Assembly (NCBI RefSeq): GCF_009914755.1
Contig: NC_060927.1
Direction: 5' to 3' (one strand)
From: the human T2T-CHM13v2.0 reference genome, Homo sapiens
DNA: 64,000 nt
Below, piece after piece: positions 12,446 through 25,849 of the stretch (positions are counted from its first letter, which is position 1; each line of letters opens with the position of its first letter). The notes under the pieces are model-generated. The model saw only the letters and a list, made by a program, of their open reading frames with translations, did not search any database and had not been told where the DNA came from. The position numbers and the translations under genes are program-made.

Positions 12446-14263
12446 GTTTCTTGACATATATTTCTAAGGGGCAAATGAATGAATTCTAGTTCTCAACCCT
12501 GTATTGCTGATTGATATATGTTGACCATGAATGGTTTTCTGGTGGCCCCAGAGAGTCGACAATGGTTTGTCATCAAGGGCTTATCCAGGGCAGAAGCTAA
12601 TAAAATATCACTTGCACAGATTAAATAACACCACATTTCAGGAGAGGCAGTATAAATAAGAGGGACCTCTGGATAATGAATGGATTTAAAAGGTCCAGCC
12701 TGTCCAAATCAATTTTCTAATCTCATAAAATGGGGTTGAACCCAATAATTTATGTTTCCTTCCACTTCCAAAATTTAATAATATTATTTACTTGTTCCTT
12801 TATTTATTTAAAAATATTTATTTACTTAAAATGAGAAAAGTACCTGTGAAAGAATTAGATTTGTTTAATATTCTCATGGACACTATGATCACACATCATG
12901 TAGTATTTAAATGTGATCAACAAATAGTTGAAAATGTGTTATGTGAAAAATAATAATTTTCGCAAACACTTTTACAGCACTTACCATATCTTAGGCATCA
13001 TTTCATGTGATGGAAGACAAATATATAGATAGACATGGATATGGATAATGATTGAGGTAAGAAATACAATGGAGACAGAGACAGAAAAATTCTTTTAATC
13101 ATTACAACAACCAACAGCTTTAGAACATTAACCATGTGTTAAGTAATTAACATGTTATCTATGATGCCAGATAAAAAAGGCACAATAAATAGAAAATGTT
13201 CCTTATCGTCACCTCCAGGGTACGCTTTAGGTAATGAAGTTCTAATATCAGAGATAGCAGCAACGACAGGATGCTAATTGTGGTGAATATTAGAAAAGAA
13301 GCCACTGATGTAGTCTAGCCGACCTCTATGATCACTTTTATCAACTGAAAGTTAAAAAATAAATAAATAAAGCTAGAGTGGGCACAATGCTAGATAGCAG
13401 AGACAGAACTGGCATATTTGGAAGATCTCTCAATTCTACAGGCAGAATTTTTTTAAAACAAACCAAACAACAATAATAACAGTTTACTGTTAGGGGAAGC
13501 ACTGAGGTTGGGCTTTAAGAGTTTGCTGAGAAGCTGATTTGCAAAGATAGGCAAGCTTGGACCCCAGTGAAGTGGTCAAATAAATAACAGTGCTCAAAGA
13601 GTTATATTTACTGCCACGCAAGATGAATCATGCCTCTTTGGGGAATGCTTTTTCTGAAATTTCATTTCCCATTTTGGACTACTGGATCAGTCTCTCAGAA
13701 GAGTTTGGAATGTGGCCAATTACTTCCCTCTGCATTTTTCATCTGAGACTTAGGCTGTACAACTCCATTTTACATTTTCACACCATACATCTTAGATAGT
13801 AGGGACTTCATTTTGTGAAGAATAAGACACCAAAAATATAGTCTGTTTGTAAATATAGATTTGAGAATAAAGACCAAGAAACGCACGTTAGAAATCTTAA
13901 GAAATGAATTTTTACTATAATTATCTACAGCTCTATGCTCCATACTTATATTTTAAATTATAATACTAATGAAAAAAATCACTGTTGAGATGATAAATTA
14001 GCAGACCATTAAAAGCTTTTAAGAATGAAAACCACTCTCCAACGATATTCACGTGAAAAACCAGACAGTAAAAGAACAAACAAGTAAATGTGGAAATAAC
14101 CAGAACCCAATATGCAACTGTCTCAATCACATTTAACCTCAGTATTACTAGAGCACTCAAAAGTAATAGGTTGTTAAACCGTTTGGAGGGCAAATGACAT
14201 TGGCAGATCTAATGGCAAAACAAACAAAATATCAAATATATTTAAAATTTAAAATATCAAAGA

Positions 14264-14581
<318 letters not shown>

Positions 14582-16994
14582 TTAAAAAAATAAAAGTCCA
14601 AACCAAATAAGGTCCTTTAAACCACTGACCTACAGCAATCCATTTTACTTGACGGAGCATTGGGTAGGGGAAAGATTACAGATAAGTTATTTTAAGGAAT
14701 TAAATTAGGTGAATGTTAAATATTCTAGAATTATATAAAAGAAATTGTCTTAGAGTAGGCATTGAAAAATTAGTTCAAGGTCTGTACCCACTTACTTTTC
14801 CTATGAGACAATAAGTACAAACATGTTTTGTAAATATACAATGTAAAATATAAAATACAATGTAAATATTGTATTTCATCTACAGAAATATTACTTGCTT
14901 TTTGTAAATTAAAGAATCACCCTCAATGTATCATGCAGGAGCAACTCCATTTCTGGGTATCACATAATTTTAAAGCAAAGATGTAACCATAAACATGCTA
15001 AATTGACTATAAAAAATAACATGCAGAGTGCAAAGGAAGAGAATAAAATGAAGAGCACAACACAGCCATTAGTGGAAAGAAAGACTGCTGCTATGATTTA
15101 GACCATTCAGGGAAAACCAAAGCAGAAACCATAGCTTGTGTCAGTCTCATTAAGATTAAATTCACAAATATCCCATCTGCTATGGTTTCCTAAGTGGCTA
15201 CAGTGAGGACACAAAGCTTTTCCACACATTTGAAGAAACTGTGGCAACAAAAAACTCCATCATCTCTGTGGAGGTACTGTTGGGTGGGTGATGGGGGTGA
15301 GAGAGTTTGCAGGAAACTGGAAGATGGGAACTGGAAGATAAGTCGGACACAGCCTTTGCCTTCAAGATGCTGATAATTCATTTCTGGAGACAAAAGTACA
15401 AACTCAACCTAAGGTGGGAGAGAGGTACAAGCAGAAAGCTATGGAAGAATAAAGAAAGGCAGACTACTTCTTCAGTTTCAACAGGAAACACAGTGAGGAT
15501 TTCATGGTGGAGGTATACTGGGTCTTAAAGAAGAAACAGGACATTGATAAATAACGATGACAGAGAGACATGAGCACTGACTGAGTGCATGGAAAGTTGA
15601 GATATATGAAATGACTGAAAAGGAAAGGAAAACATGTCATAAAAGTAAATGAAAATGGAGATGAAGCCAGAGAATTATGCTGGCTTCTAGAGGGAACCCA
15701 TCAGAAAATGTTATTCTAGGCTAAACTATGTTGAAAATCTTTCATCCTTCTTAAAACTCTGTACTTCTCAGTATTTATTTTAGAGTACTTCTTCTTTTAC
15801 TCTTTTTTCTTCTTTTTAAGAGATGGGCTGAATTAAACTACACAAGGTGAAGTAGATATAGAATATTTAAAATGGTAAATTATCGAGCATGAAATCTCAT
15901 CTGATTCAATGAGTGAAAGTAATATTGATTAACCCAGCCACTGACCTTGAGTAACAGACATAAGAATACTGTAATAAACACAAAAAAGTGCTGGTAAAGT
16001 ATTTGTCGCAATGCCAAGAGCTACAACCTGGATTAACAGTCACACTTCACAAAATAGACTTCTATGACTTTAGATGTGCTTATTATGTCTAACGATGAAG
16101 AAGGTGAAACAAACTAAACTGAGAGTGGAAGACACATGTTGCCCCTCAACTGTGTGCTATTTTGATATCGTAGAGATGATCATTAAGTGATTTATCATAA
16201 AATGTATGAACTAAAGATAAATATTTAATTATAGAAAGTATGTCTTCATGTGTCTTTCTATAAAGATTTCTATGGGCTTCAAACTTCAGTTAGAGCCCTT
16301 TTAAAATATTTATACTTAAAACTGCACCATAAATTGCAATTTGCAAATACTTATGAGGAAGTAATATTCTCTCTGATGCAAGGCACCAAAAATGTACATT
16401 GCAGAATTGATACATACATTTCTATATCTGGTTTTCATTAAATAGCTCAAAGGTGTCATTTTAAGGTACAAAATATTATAAAATATCTCACAATACATGT
16501 TTAAATTGATCTAAGGACAGAAAGTAAAAATCTGTTTTGCAATTTAATACCTACTCAAATGTACCACCTCATTAAGAGATATGTATAATTTTTTTAAGTG
16601 CTGACAATAATCATTTGGAAGCCCAAGCTCAGTAAGTACAGTTAAATACCAGTCCTAGGAAAACTCTTAATCAGGAAAACTCTTCTTGCATAGTAGTCTT
16701 CTGTGGTCAAAATCATTGTGTTTACAGTTGTAAGACACAGCTTCACAACGAAAACATGGATTCCACTCTGTTTCCACTACTTCTTCCACTTTTTTGGTCC
16801 ATCACCAGAGTGTTAAAATGTTGTCTCACCTCTCCAATCGTGAAGAAATTCACACCTCTGTATTACTTTAAAAAATGTAATTCAATTAATGTGTATTGAA
16901 TACATAAAGAACAATGATTTTATTTCCTGTTTAATCTCAATTAAATAATGATTAAATTGACATTTTAGCTTTTGTTTGGACAAATTATCTTTCT

Positions 16995-17795
16995 AAATAA
17001 CAGAACTATTAAGACATAATTCCCATACAATACAGTTCACTCATTCAAAGTGTACAACTAAATGGTATTTAATATATTCACAGAGTTGTAAAACCATCAC
17101 CCCAATTAATTTTAGAATATTTTTCTTCACCTCACAAAGCAACCCCACACCCTTTAGCTGTGAACCCCTTCCATTCCTCCCATCCCCATTCAGTGCTATA
17201 CAACTGCTTTATGTCTCAATAGAGTTGCTTTTTCTGGATATTTTACATAAATGAAATGATAAAGTATATCTTTTGTGACTAGCTTCTTCCATATCACATA
17301 ATATTTTCATGGTTCAATCTTATCGTAGCATGCATCAGTACTTTACTGCTTTTTGTTGCCAAATAATATTCCATTGTATGAATATACCAAACTTTATTTA
17401 TCCATTCATCAGTTGATGGACATTTGAATTGTTTCTACTTTTAGGCTGTTATGAATAATGCTACTATGGGTATGCATATACAAGAGTCTTTGTGTAGACA
17501 TATATTGCAAATTTTCTTGGGTACACATCTAGCCGTGGAACTGTTGGGTCATATAATAACTCTGTGTTTAATCTTTTGAGAAACTGCCAGACTGTCTTAC
17601 AAAATGCCTGCACCATTTTACATTCTCACTAGCAGTGTATAAGAGTTCCCATTTCTCACCTACGTGTGTTATTATCAGTCTTTTTTAATATAGCCTTTGC
17701 AGCGGGTGGGAGGTGGTATCTTCTTGTGATTTTAATTTGCATTTCCTTGATGGCTAATGGTGTTGAGTACATTTCACATTGCTATTGACTGTCTG

Positions 17796-17858
<63 letters not shown>

Positions 17859-18270
17859 GTTTTCAGATCATTTGCACCCTTTCAATTAGGTTATATGTCT
17901 TTTTATTACTGAGTTATAAGAGTTCTTTATATATTCTAGATACAAATTTCTTATCAGATATGTGGTTTTCAAAATTTTCTCCCATTCTGTGGATTGATTT
18001 TTCACTTGATTGTGTCCTTTGAAGCACAAAAGTTTTTAATTATGATGAAATTCAACATATCGATTCTTCTTTTGTTGGTTGTGCTTTAGATGTTATATCC
18101 ATGAAACCACTGCTTAATCCAAGGTCATAAAAGTTTACTCCTATGCTTTCTTCCATGAGTTTTATGGTCTTAGCTCTAAAAGCCATAGGTTTTAGGGCTC
18201 TAATCCATTTTGGGTTACTTTTTCATTTAGGTCTGTGATCCATTTTGGGTTACTTTTTCATATGTCATGT
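16995..18270 (-). mobile_element. L1MB-type LINE-1 3' fragment
   Basis: Antisense L1M 3'UTR (catacaatacagttcactcattcaaagtgtacaa..tccattcatcagttgatggacatttg..gagaaactgccagactg..gtcctttgaagcacaaaagttttt). Confidence 0.85.
17789..17860. repeat. Tetranucleotide STR (CTGT)2(CTAT)15(CTGT)
   Basis: 15 uninterrupted CTAT units at 17797-17856. Confidence 0.97.
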
Positions 18271-18556
18271 GAAAACTTAGCCTTTAATTTTTTTTTTTTT
18301 TCTGCTACCATTCAGATTTCTTAAGGTCTTCAGACAATGGCAACAAGATCTTTTCATTGAAATAACTAAGAAAGTTTGTGGAAAACCCATAAGCATATAA
18401 ATAAAAAAGAAAGCATTTCAATAAGTAGTACATAAATTTTTAGAAATTAAACATCTTATTCTTGGATTATATGTACAATTAGTCAAAACGCAAAGATAAT
18501 ACAAATACAAAACAAGGAAATTCATGAGAGCTAATGAAAACTTAAAATGTTATGCC

Positions 18557-18640
18557 GTGGAGCTTGCCGTGAGCCGAGATCGCACAACTGCACTCCAGCC
18601 TGGGCAACAGAGTGAGACTCGGTCTCAAAAAAAAAAAAAA
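18557..18640 (+). mobile_element. Heavily 5'-truncated AluY 3' end
   Basis: gtggagcttgccgtgagccgagatcgc..ggtctc(A)n; TSD-like ttatgcc on both flanks. Confidence 0.88.
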
Positions 18641-19742
18641 ATTATGCCAAGACACAAAATATTTAATGTTTCTATAACCCTGCTTCTCTCTCTTATGGCA
18701 CCTAACAATTTAAATATTTTATTATAGTATTAACGTATAGTGTTTGCCTTTGTCTTCTACCATGATTAAAGCATCTATAATATAACTTGGTACATGATAA
18801 GTAAAAATATTCAAAATTGAATAGGTGAACAAATTAAAATGAATGAATTCTAGAATTGGCACTTTTTCCCTGTTTTGATGCATAATTTTCTCTCCTTTTC
18901 ATCCTTTATGTTTTAGCTTAAGTATTACATCCTTAAAGAAATTTCCAGAGAAATTCTGTCGAAATTAGTTTCCTCTATTATTCTCTATTACAGAAATACA
19001 TTTCATTCTTTCATAGCACTAATCCTAAACAGTAAATGTTTACATTTATTTTTTTTACATGTTATTGTGTTCTCCCAATATGGGAGATGGAAGGTTTTTC
19101 ATTTTACTTCCAATGCCTAAGACAATGTGTGACACATTAATAATTTTAAATAAATAGGTGGTAAATGATAGTGTAAATGGGATCATAGACAACCTGCTGA
19201 TCCCTGGATTTTCAGGAATAGCTATATTGAAACCACAGGCACAATGTCATTGCTATGTCCTTTTTCATGGTAGAGCTTTCAGTTCCCACACAACCTTTCA
19301 CACTTCCCTGAAGAGAAAACCTTTTCCCATCTATTGAAATCGAAGAATAAAGGTTGAAGTAGTAATGCTTATTCATCCTTGCCCTTGCTACAGAAATTTT
19401 AGAGGTAATATCTAGCAATCTGCAATGAACACTCATCAAGCAATAAGCTTCTGTTTCCAAATCCCAGATGAGTTCTAATTTATTTAGACCTGAATAAAAT
19501 TAGAGGTAATCTCTCTTCCTTGTAGTCTCTACAGTTCAATATTTGGCTTCCCAGTAGAGGTTCATAAACCTGTCAACTAATAGTTATGGTGATTAGAAAG
19601 ATAATATGCAATCTAATGAAGAGACTATGTATGCATATCTATGCTTCAGTCTACTCCCTTTTTCTCTCTCTCTTTCTTGCCCTAAAGTCTTATATTATGC
19701 ACAGTTAAGTTTTTGGTCTAGAGAGGTGTGGCTGCTGCCAGG

Positions 19743-20112
19743 TGCTATGGACTGTAAGTCTCTATTACCCTCAGATTCATATATTGAAGCCTAATGCTCA
19801 ATGTGATGCAATCTGGAGGTGGAGACTTAGAGAAGTAATCAGGTCATAAGAGTAAAGTCCTCATAAATAGGATCAGTGTCCTTGTAAGAAGAGACAGGGA
19901 AGAGCATGCCTCCTCTTTCTCTGCCCACCACCACGTGAGTGCACAGCAAGAAGATGGCCAAGTGCAAACAGGAAGAGGGCCCTTACAAGAAACTTGGCCA
20001 TGCTGCCCCCCTAATCTTGGGCTCACCAGCCTCCAGAACTGTGAGAAATGAATGTCCATTATTTAAGCCAACCAGTCTGTGATAATTTGTCAAAGCAGCC
20101 CAAACTAAGGCA
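19743..20112 (+). mobile_element. MLT1A-type solo LTR
   Basis: tgctatggactg..attcatatattgaagcctaa..cagcctccagaactgtgagaaatgaatgtc..gcagcccaaactaaggca; TG..CA ends. Confidence 0.85.
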
Positions 20113-20229
20113 ACTCTGGTTTGATACACATGGTAAAGTATATTGCTTAAAATTAAAAATTAAAATTAAAAAAAAAACAAAATAAAAGCTAAAAGAGGCA
20201 TTACCCTGTTTTTGTTTCTGTTTTTAACT

Positions 20230-20593
20230 TAAGGTTCACCACGTGATGTAGTTTTATCCAAGGATTCATAAGTAAAATCTACTGGAACTTCTGGGAAGAT
20301 GTTAGCTTTCCTGATAAAGGCACCATCTCTTCCTCTGTGCCTCTTTCTACTGCCTAGAAAGCTCCCATGTTATCTGGGGATTTAAGAGCCATCCATGCCA
20401 GGAAGAGAAGTCCAAGCAAATGTAAAGAGGCCTTGGACATAATGGGCCCGTTGAGTCAATCAATGAACCAATACCGATAAATGTCTATCTTTAGACTTCT
20501 GGGTGTATGAGGAAATCCAAACCTCTGATCCCTTTAAACCATTGTTATGGGCATCACTTTCCTCACAGCTAGACTCAATTCCTCATTGATACA
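20230..20593 (+). mobile_element. Old MLT1 (J/K/L-like) LTR
   Basis: cttctgggaagatgttagctttcctgataaagg..ttagacttct..ctttaaaccattgtt..cctcattgataca. Confidence 0.5.
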
Positions 20594-20744
20594 GGAAAGT
20601 AAACATAAGAAATTTGTTATTAATAATTGGTCTTAGGAAATAAAATCAGAAGAGGAAACTTTCTTCTTAGTGAGGTTTTGTGCACATATTGACACCTCAA
20701 ATTACCCACTGAGTTACATGTAGAATTATGTGGAAGGCATGTGT

Positions 20745-20880
20745 AAGGTGACTGCATAATTATTGCCAAAATCTGAATCCAGGATTCTTTAGAAGGTTAA
20801 ATAGGTGCCACCAATAATTATACTAAGATACTAGGCATAAACTAGAACTCTTCTGGATGAACCAGGACATAGAGTTACCC
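20745..20880 (+). mobile_element. MER94-like (hAT-Blackjack) MITE
   Basis: aaggtgactgcataattatt...aataattatactaagatactaggcataaac...aaccaggacatagagttaccc; degenerate TIRs (aggtgac / gttaccc). Confidence 0.6.
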
Positions 20881-21799
20881 CATGGGAGAATGATGTTCAC
20901 AGTGGCCTCAAAATAAAGTTCTTTCATTTCAGTTGTAGCTGGCTGAAAGGTATGTCACTTAAATTCTATATATTCCCCTAACATAACTACTAGGTTTTTT
21001 GTTTGGTGCAGAAATAACCAGTAGGTATACCATAAATACAGCAGACTGTGGGCTTGTGGAGCATGCTGCACTCCGTGATCTATCTCTGTCTATCATTGTT
21101 CTTATTTGACCCCATCACAGGTGTTTAAAATTTGTTTCGTCGTTGTTGTTGTTGTTGTTTTATGTCTTTTTTCTCAGTGCTATATGTTCAAAGAGCCAAC
21201 TTCTCTACAGACTTGTTCATAAGAATGACTTGTTTCTGCTTCTCTGCTTTGCCAGATCTCTATTCCTTTCAAATTTCTACTGAAAAATCCACTGATTTCC
21301 CCTTTGCATTTAGGACACATAAATTCTTTCTCTTTTCCTCTCCCTGAAGGTTATGAAAGTCCTGGACTGTAGCTTTATTTTATGTTGTATACTTCCCTCC
21401 AAGTGAGTTATATAAGGAGATAGTTCCGAGAAGGAAAATGCCCAGAAGTTGAAAAACCAGGTCATCCTAGGGGGAAAAAATAAGTAGCCAATACTTTTTT
21501 AGGATTTTCTTGTTAAAAACCCAATAAACATTCAAATATGAAAACTACTAATGTTTTTACATTTTGCAGACTGGGGTATAGAACAGCAAGAGAAAGCAGA
21601 ACTAATAAAGACAGGAGATCTTTTGGAAATCAGGGTGAACTGATTTCCTACAGCAAGGCCATAAGCTACAGCAAGGCCATAACTCTTCAGAAGGCCATTG
21701 TGTGATGCTTTGGCAGGAACAACAAGGAGGACATGGACTAAATGGAGCTTCAGCTTTTTCAGAACATGTTACTACTCTCAAAAATTGGTTCACTGCTTT

Positions 21800-22045
21800 A
21801 TCAGTTTAGCAGTTCATAAAAATGTAACCCAAACCGATTTATGTAAAAAGGGCAATTATTGGCTCAGGTAACTGAGAGTTTTGGAGGTAGGGCTGGCTTT
21901 AAGGATAAGAATGAGAACTTGTTGCTCCCCATGTTTTGAACCAGACCTCCTGTCCTCTGAATGTTGGAATCATTAGCAGAAGGGATCTCCCTCTGTGGTA
22001 TTAAGATGGTTAGAGTCCCTTTATCTTTTCTGCTCCAAATCCAGT
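21800..22045 (-). mobile_element. Old MLT1-type LTR, left part (probably continues at ~30075-30250 beyond the L1)
   Basis: aacccaaaccgatttatgtaaaaagggcaattattggctcaggtaactgagag..gtagggctggctt resembles antisense MLT1J/K. Confidence 0.5.
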
Positions 22046-23047
22046 TTAAAAAATAATAATAGATCATTGAGGTGGAGCAAGATGGCAAATAGATAACACT
22101 CCAGCAGCTGTCCTCCCTCTGCTAAAACGCAAGAATGAATAACTACCTACACAAAAAAAAATCCTTCATAATAACCAAACATCAGATGAATTATCACAGT
22201 ATCTAGTTTTAACTTCATATCACTGAAAGAGGCACTGAAGAGGGTAGGAAAGACAGTTATGAATCACCTATATCACCACTTTCCCATCCCCCATTAGTGG
22301 CTGCATGGCATGGAGACAGAACCTGTGTGTTTGGGGTAAGGAGAGTACAGTGGTTGTGGGGCTCTGCATTAGGACTCAGTGCTTCCCTGTTACAGTGGAA
22401 AACAGCAAAGTGAAGAACTTGCCGGTGCCCAGATAGGGGGCACCTAGACCAGCCCTAGCCAGAGGTGAATTGTCTGTCCTAGTGGTCAGAACTTGAGTTC
22501 TGCCAAGCCTTGCCACTGAGGTCCTAAATGAACTTGAAAGGCAGCCTAGACAACAAAGCCTGCAATTCCTGGACAAGTCCTGCTGCTGGGCTGGGCTCTG
22601 AGTGGACTTGTGGTGCATGTGACCTAGTGAGACACCAGCCCAGGTGGCTAAGGGGATGCTTGCATCACCCCTCCCCCAACCCCAGGCAGTGCAGCTAGCA
22701 GCTACGGGAGAGACATCTTCCTTCTGCTTAAGGAAAGAACAGGGGAGAGTAAAGAAAACTTTCCCTTACAATTGGGATACCAGCTCAACCACTATAGAAT
22801 AGAGCACCAGTCATGAGGCCTGCATTCCAGGCCCTAGCTCCCAGATGAAATTTTTAGACACACCCTGGGCCAGAAAGGAACCCAATGCCTTGAAGGGAAG
22901 GACCCAGTTCTGGCAGGATCCATCACCAGCTAACTAAAGAGCCCTTGGATTGTGAATAATTAGCAGTGGAGGCCACAGGCCTTGGGTGAGACTTAAAGCT
23001 GTGCTGGCTTCAAGGGTGTCCCAGCATATTCCCACATGTAGTGGCTA

Positions 23048-23377
<330 letters not shown>

Positions 23378-24844
23378 TTAAGGAAAGGGAAAAAGGAAGA
23401 GTAGGAAAGACTTGTTTTGCAGCTTGGGTGCTAGCTCAACCACAGTAGAATAGAACACCAGCAAGATTCATAAGGTTCTCAACTCCAGGCCCTGGCTCCC
23501 AGATGGTATATCTGAACCTACATGGGGGAAAAGGGAACTCGCTGCCTTGAAGGGAGCAAGCCTGGCTGGTTTCACCACCTGCTGATTACAGAGCCCTTGG
23601 GCCTTGAGTGAACATAGGTAGTAACCAGACAGTGCTCACCACAGACCATAAAGGAGACACAGTGCTGTGCTGGCTTTAGGTATGACCTAGTGCAGTCCCA
23701 GTGGTGGTGGCCACAGGGGTGCTTGTGTCATCTACCTCCAGCTCCAGGCAGCTTAGCACAGAGAGAGAGAGAGAGACTGCATTTGCTTGGGGAAAAGTAA
23801 GAGAAAGGAACAAGGGTGTCTGCGTGGTGATCCACAAAATTCTCCCAATCTTACCCAAAACACCAAGATGGTACCTCTTGTGAGTCTACAAGACCCACAA
23901 CATTACTAGGCTTGGGGTGCCCCCTAATGCAGGTATGGCTGCAATAGCCAAAAACTTAGATCACAACACCCAAGTCCTTTTGAATGCTTGCAAAGTCCTC
24001 CGAAGGAGGACAGGTAAAACAAGCTCAGACTGCAAAGACTACAAGAAATACTTAACTTCAATGCCCAGACACTGATGAACAGCCGCAAGCATCAAGACCA
24101 TCCAGGAAAACATGGCCTCAACAAATGAACTAAATAAGACCCCAGGGACCAATCCCAGAGAGATAGACAGAATTCAAAATAATTGTTTTGAGGAAGGTCA
24201 ACAAAATTCAAGATAACACAGAGAAATAATTGAGAATCCTATCAGATAAATGAAGAGACTGAAATAATTTAGAAGAATCAAGGATAAGTTCTAGAGTTGG
24301 AAAACGCAACTGACATAGTGAAGAATGCATTAACATCTCTTAACAGCAGAATTAATCAAGCAGAATAAAGACTTGGTGAACTTGAAGACAGCCTATTTGA
24401 AAATTCACGATCAGAGAAGACAATAGAAAAAAGAATTTTAAAAAATGAAGCATGCCTACAAGATCTAGAAAATAACATCAAAAGTACAAATCTAAGAGTT
24501 GTTGGCCTTAAGGAGGAAGTAGAGAGAGAGATCAGAGTAGAAAGTTTATTCAAAAGAATAATAACAGAGAACTTCACAAACCTAGAGAAAGATGTCAATA
24601 TTCAAGCATAAGAAGGTTATAAACATCAAGCAGATTTAACCCCAAAAAAGATTATATGAAGACATTTAATAATTAAAATTTTAAAGGTCAAGCTAAAGAA
24701 AGGATCGTAAAAGCAGGAAGAGGAAAAAAGAAATACAAAAAACATACAATGGAGCTCCCACACATCTGGCAGCAGACTTCTCAGTGGAAACTTTACAGGC
24801 CAAGAGGAGTGAATGGCATGACATATTTAAAGTCCTGAAGGGGG

Positions 24845-24875
24845 AAAAACAAAACAAAACAAAACAAAACAAAAC
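24845..24875. repeat. (AAAAC)n pentanucleotide repeat inside L1 ORF1
   Basis: aaaaacaaaacaaaacaaaacaaaacaaaac. Confidence 0.9.
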
Positions 24876-25194
24876 TTGTATCCTAGAATAGAATTATCCA
24901 GGGAAAATTTCCTACATAAAGGAAGGAAAAATGAAGACCTTCTCAGATAAACAAAAGCTGAGGGATTATATCAACACCAGAACTCTCCTCCAAAAATGCT
25001 AAAGGGAGTTCTTCAATCTGAAAGAAAATAATGTGAATGAGCAATAAGAAACCATCTGAGGGCAAAAAATTCACTGGTAATAGTAAACACACAGAAAACA
25101 CAGAATATTATAATACTGTAATTGTGGTGTATAAACTATTCATATCCTGAAAAGGAAGACTAAAACATGAACCTATCAAAAATAATAACTACTG

Positions 25195-25518
<324 letters not shown>

Positions 25519-25849
25519 TCAAGACATGGATAGTATAATAAGATATTAATAGAAACAGAAAAAGTTTAAAGGCAAGGGGATGAATCTAACATGTAGAGTT
25601 TTTATTAGTTGTCTCTTTGCTTCTTTGTTAGTTTGTTTATGCAGCCTGTGTTGTCATCAGTTTAAAATGGTGGGTTATATTATTTGCAAGTCTCACGGTA
25701 ACCTCAAGACAAAAATCATACAACAGATACACACAAAAAAATAGCAAGAAATTAAAATATGCTAGCAGAGAAAATCACCTCCACTAAAAGAAAGATAAGA
25801 AAGAAGGAAAAAAGGAAGAGAAGACTACAAAACAACCATTAAACAAATA

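Noticed and set aside
19212-19489. Minus-strand open frame after a ttttattcag acceptor (GLNKLELIWDLETEAY...)
   Set aside because: No convincing donor and no recognisable homology; compatible with chance
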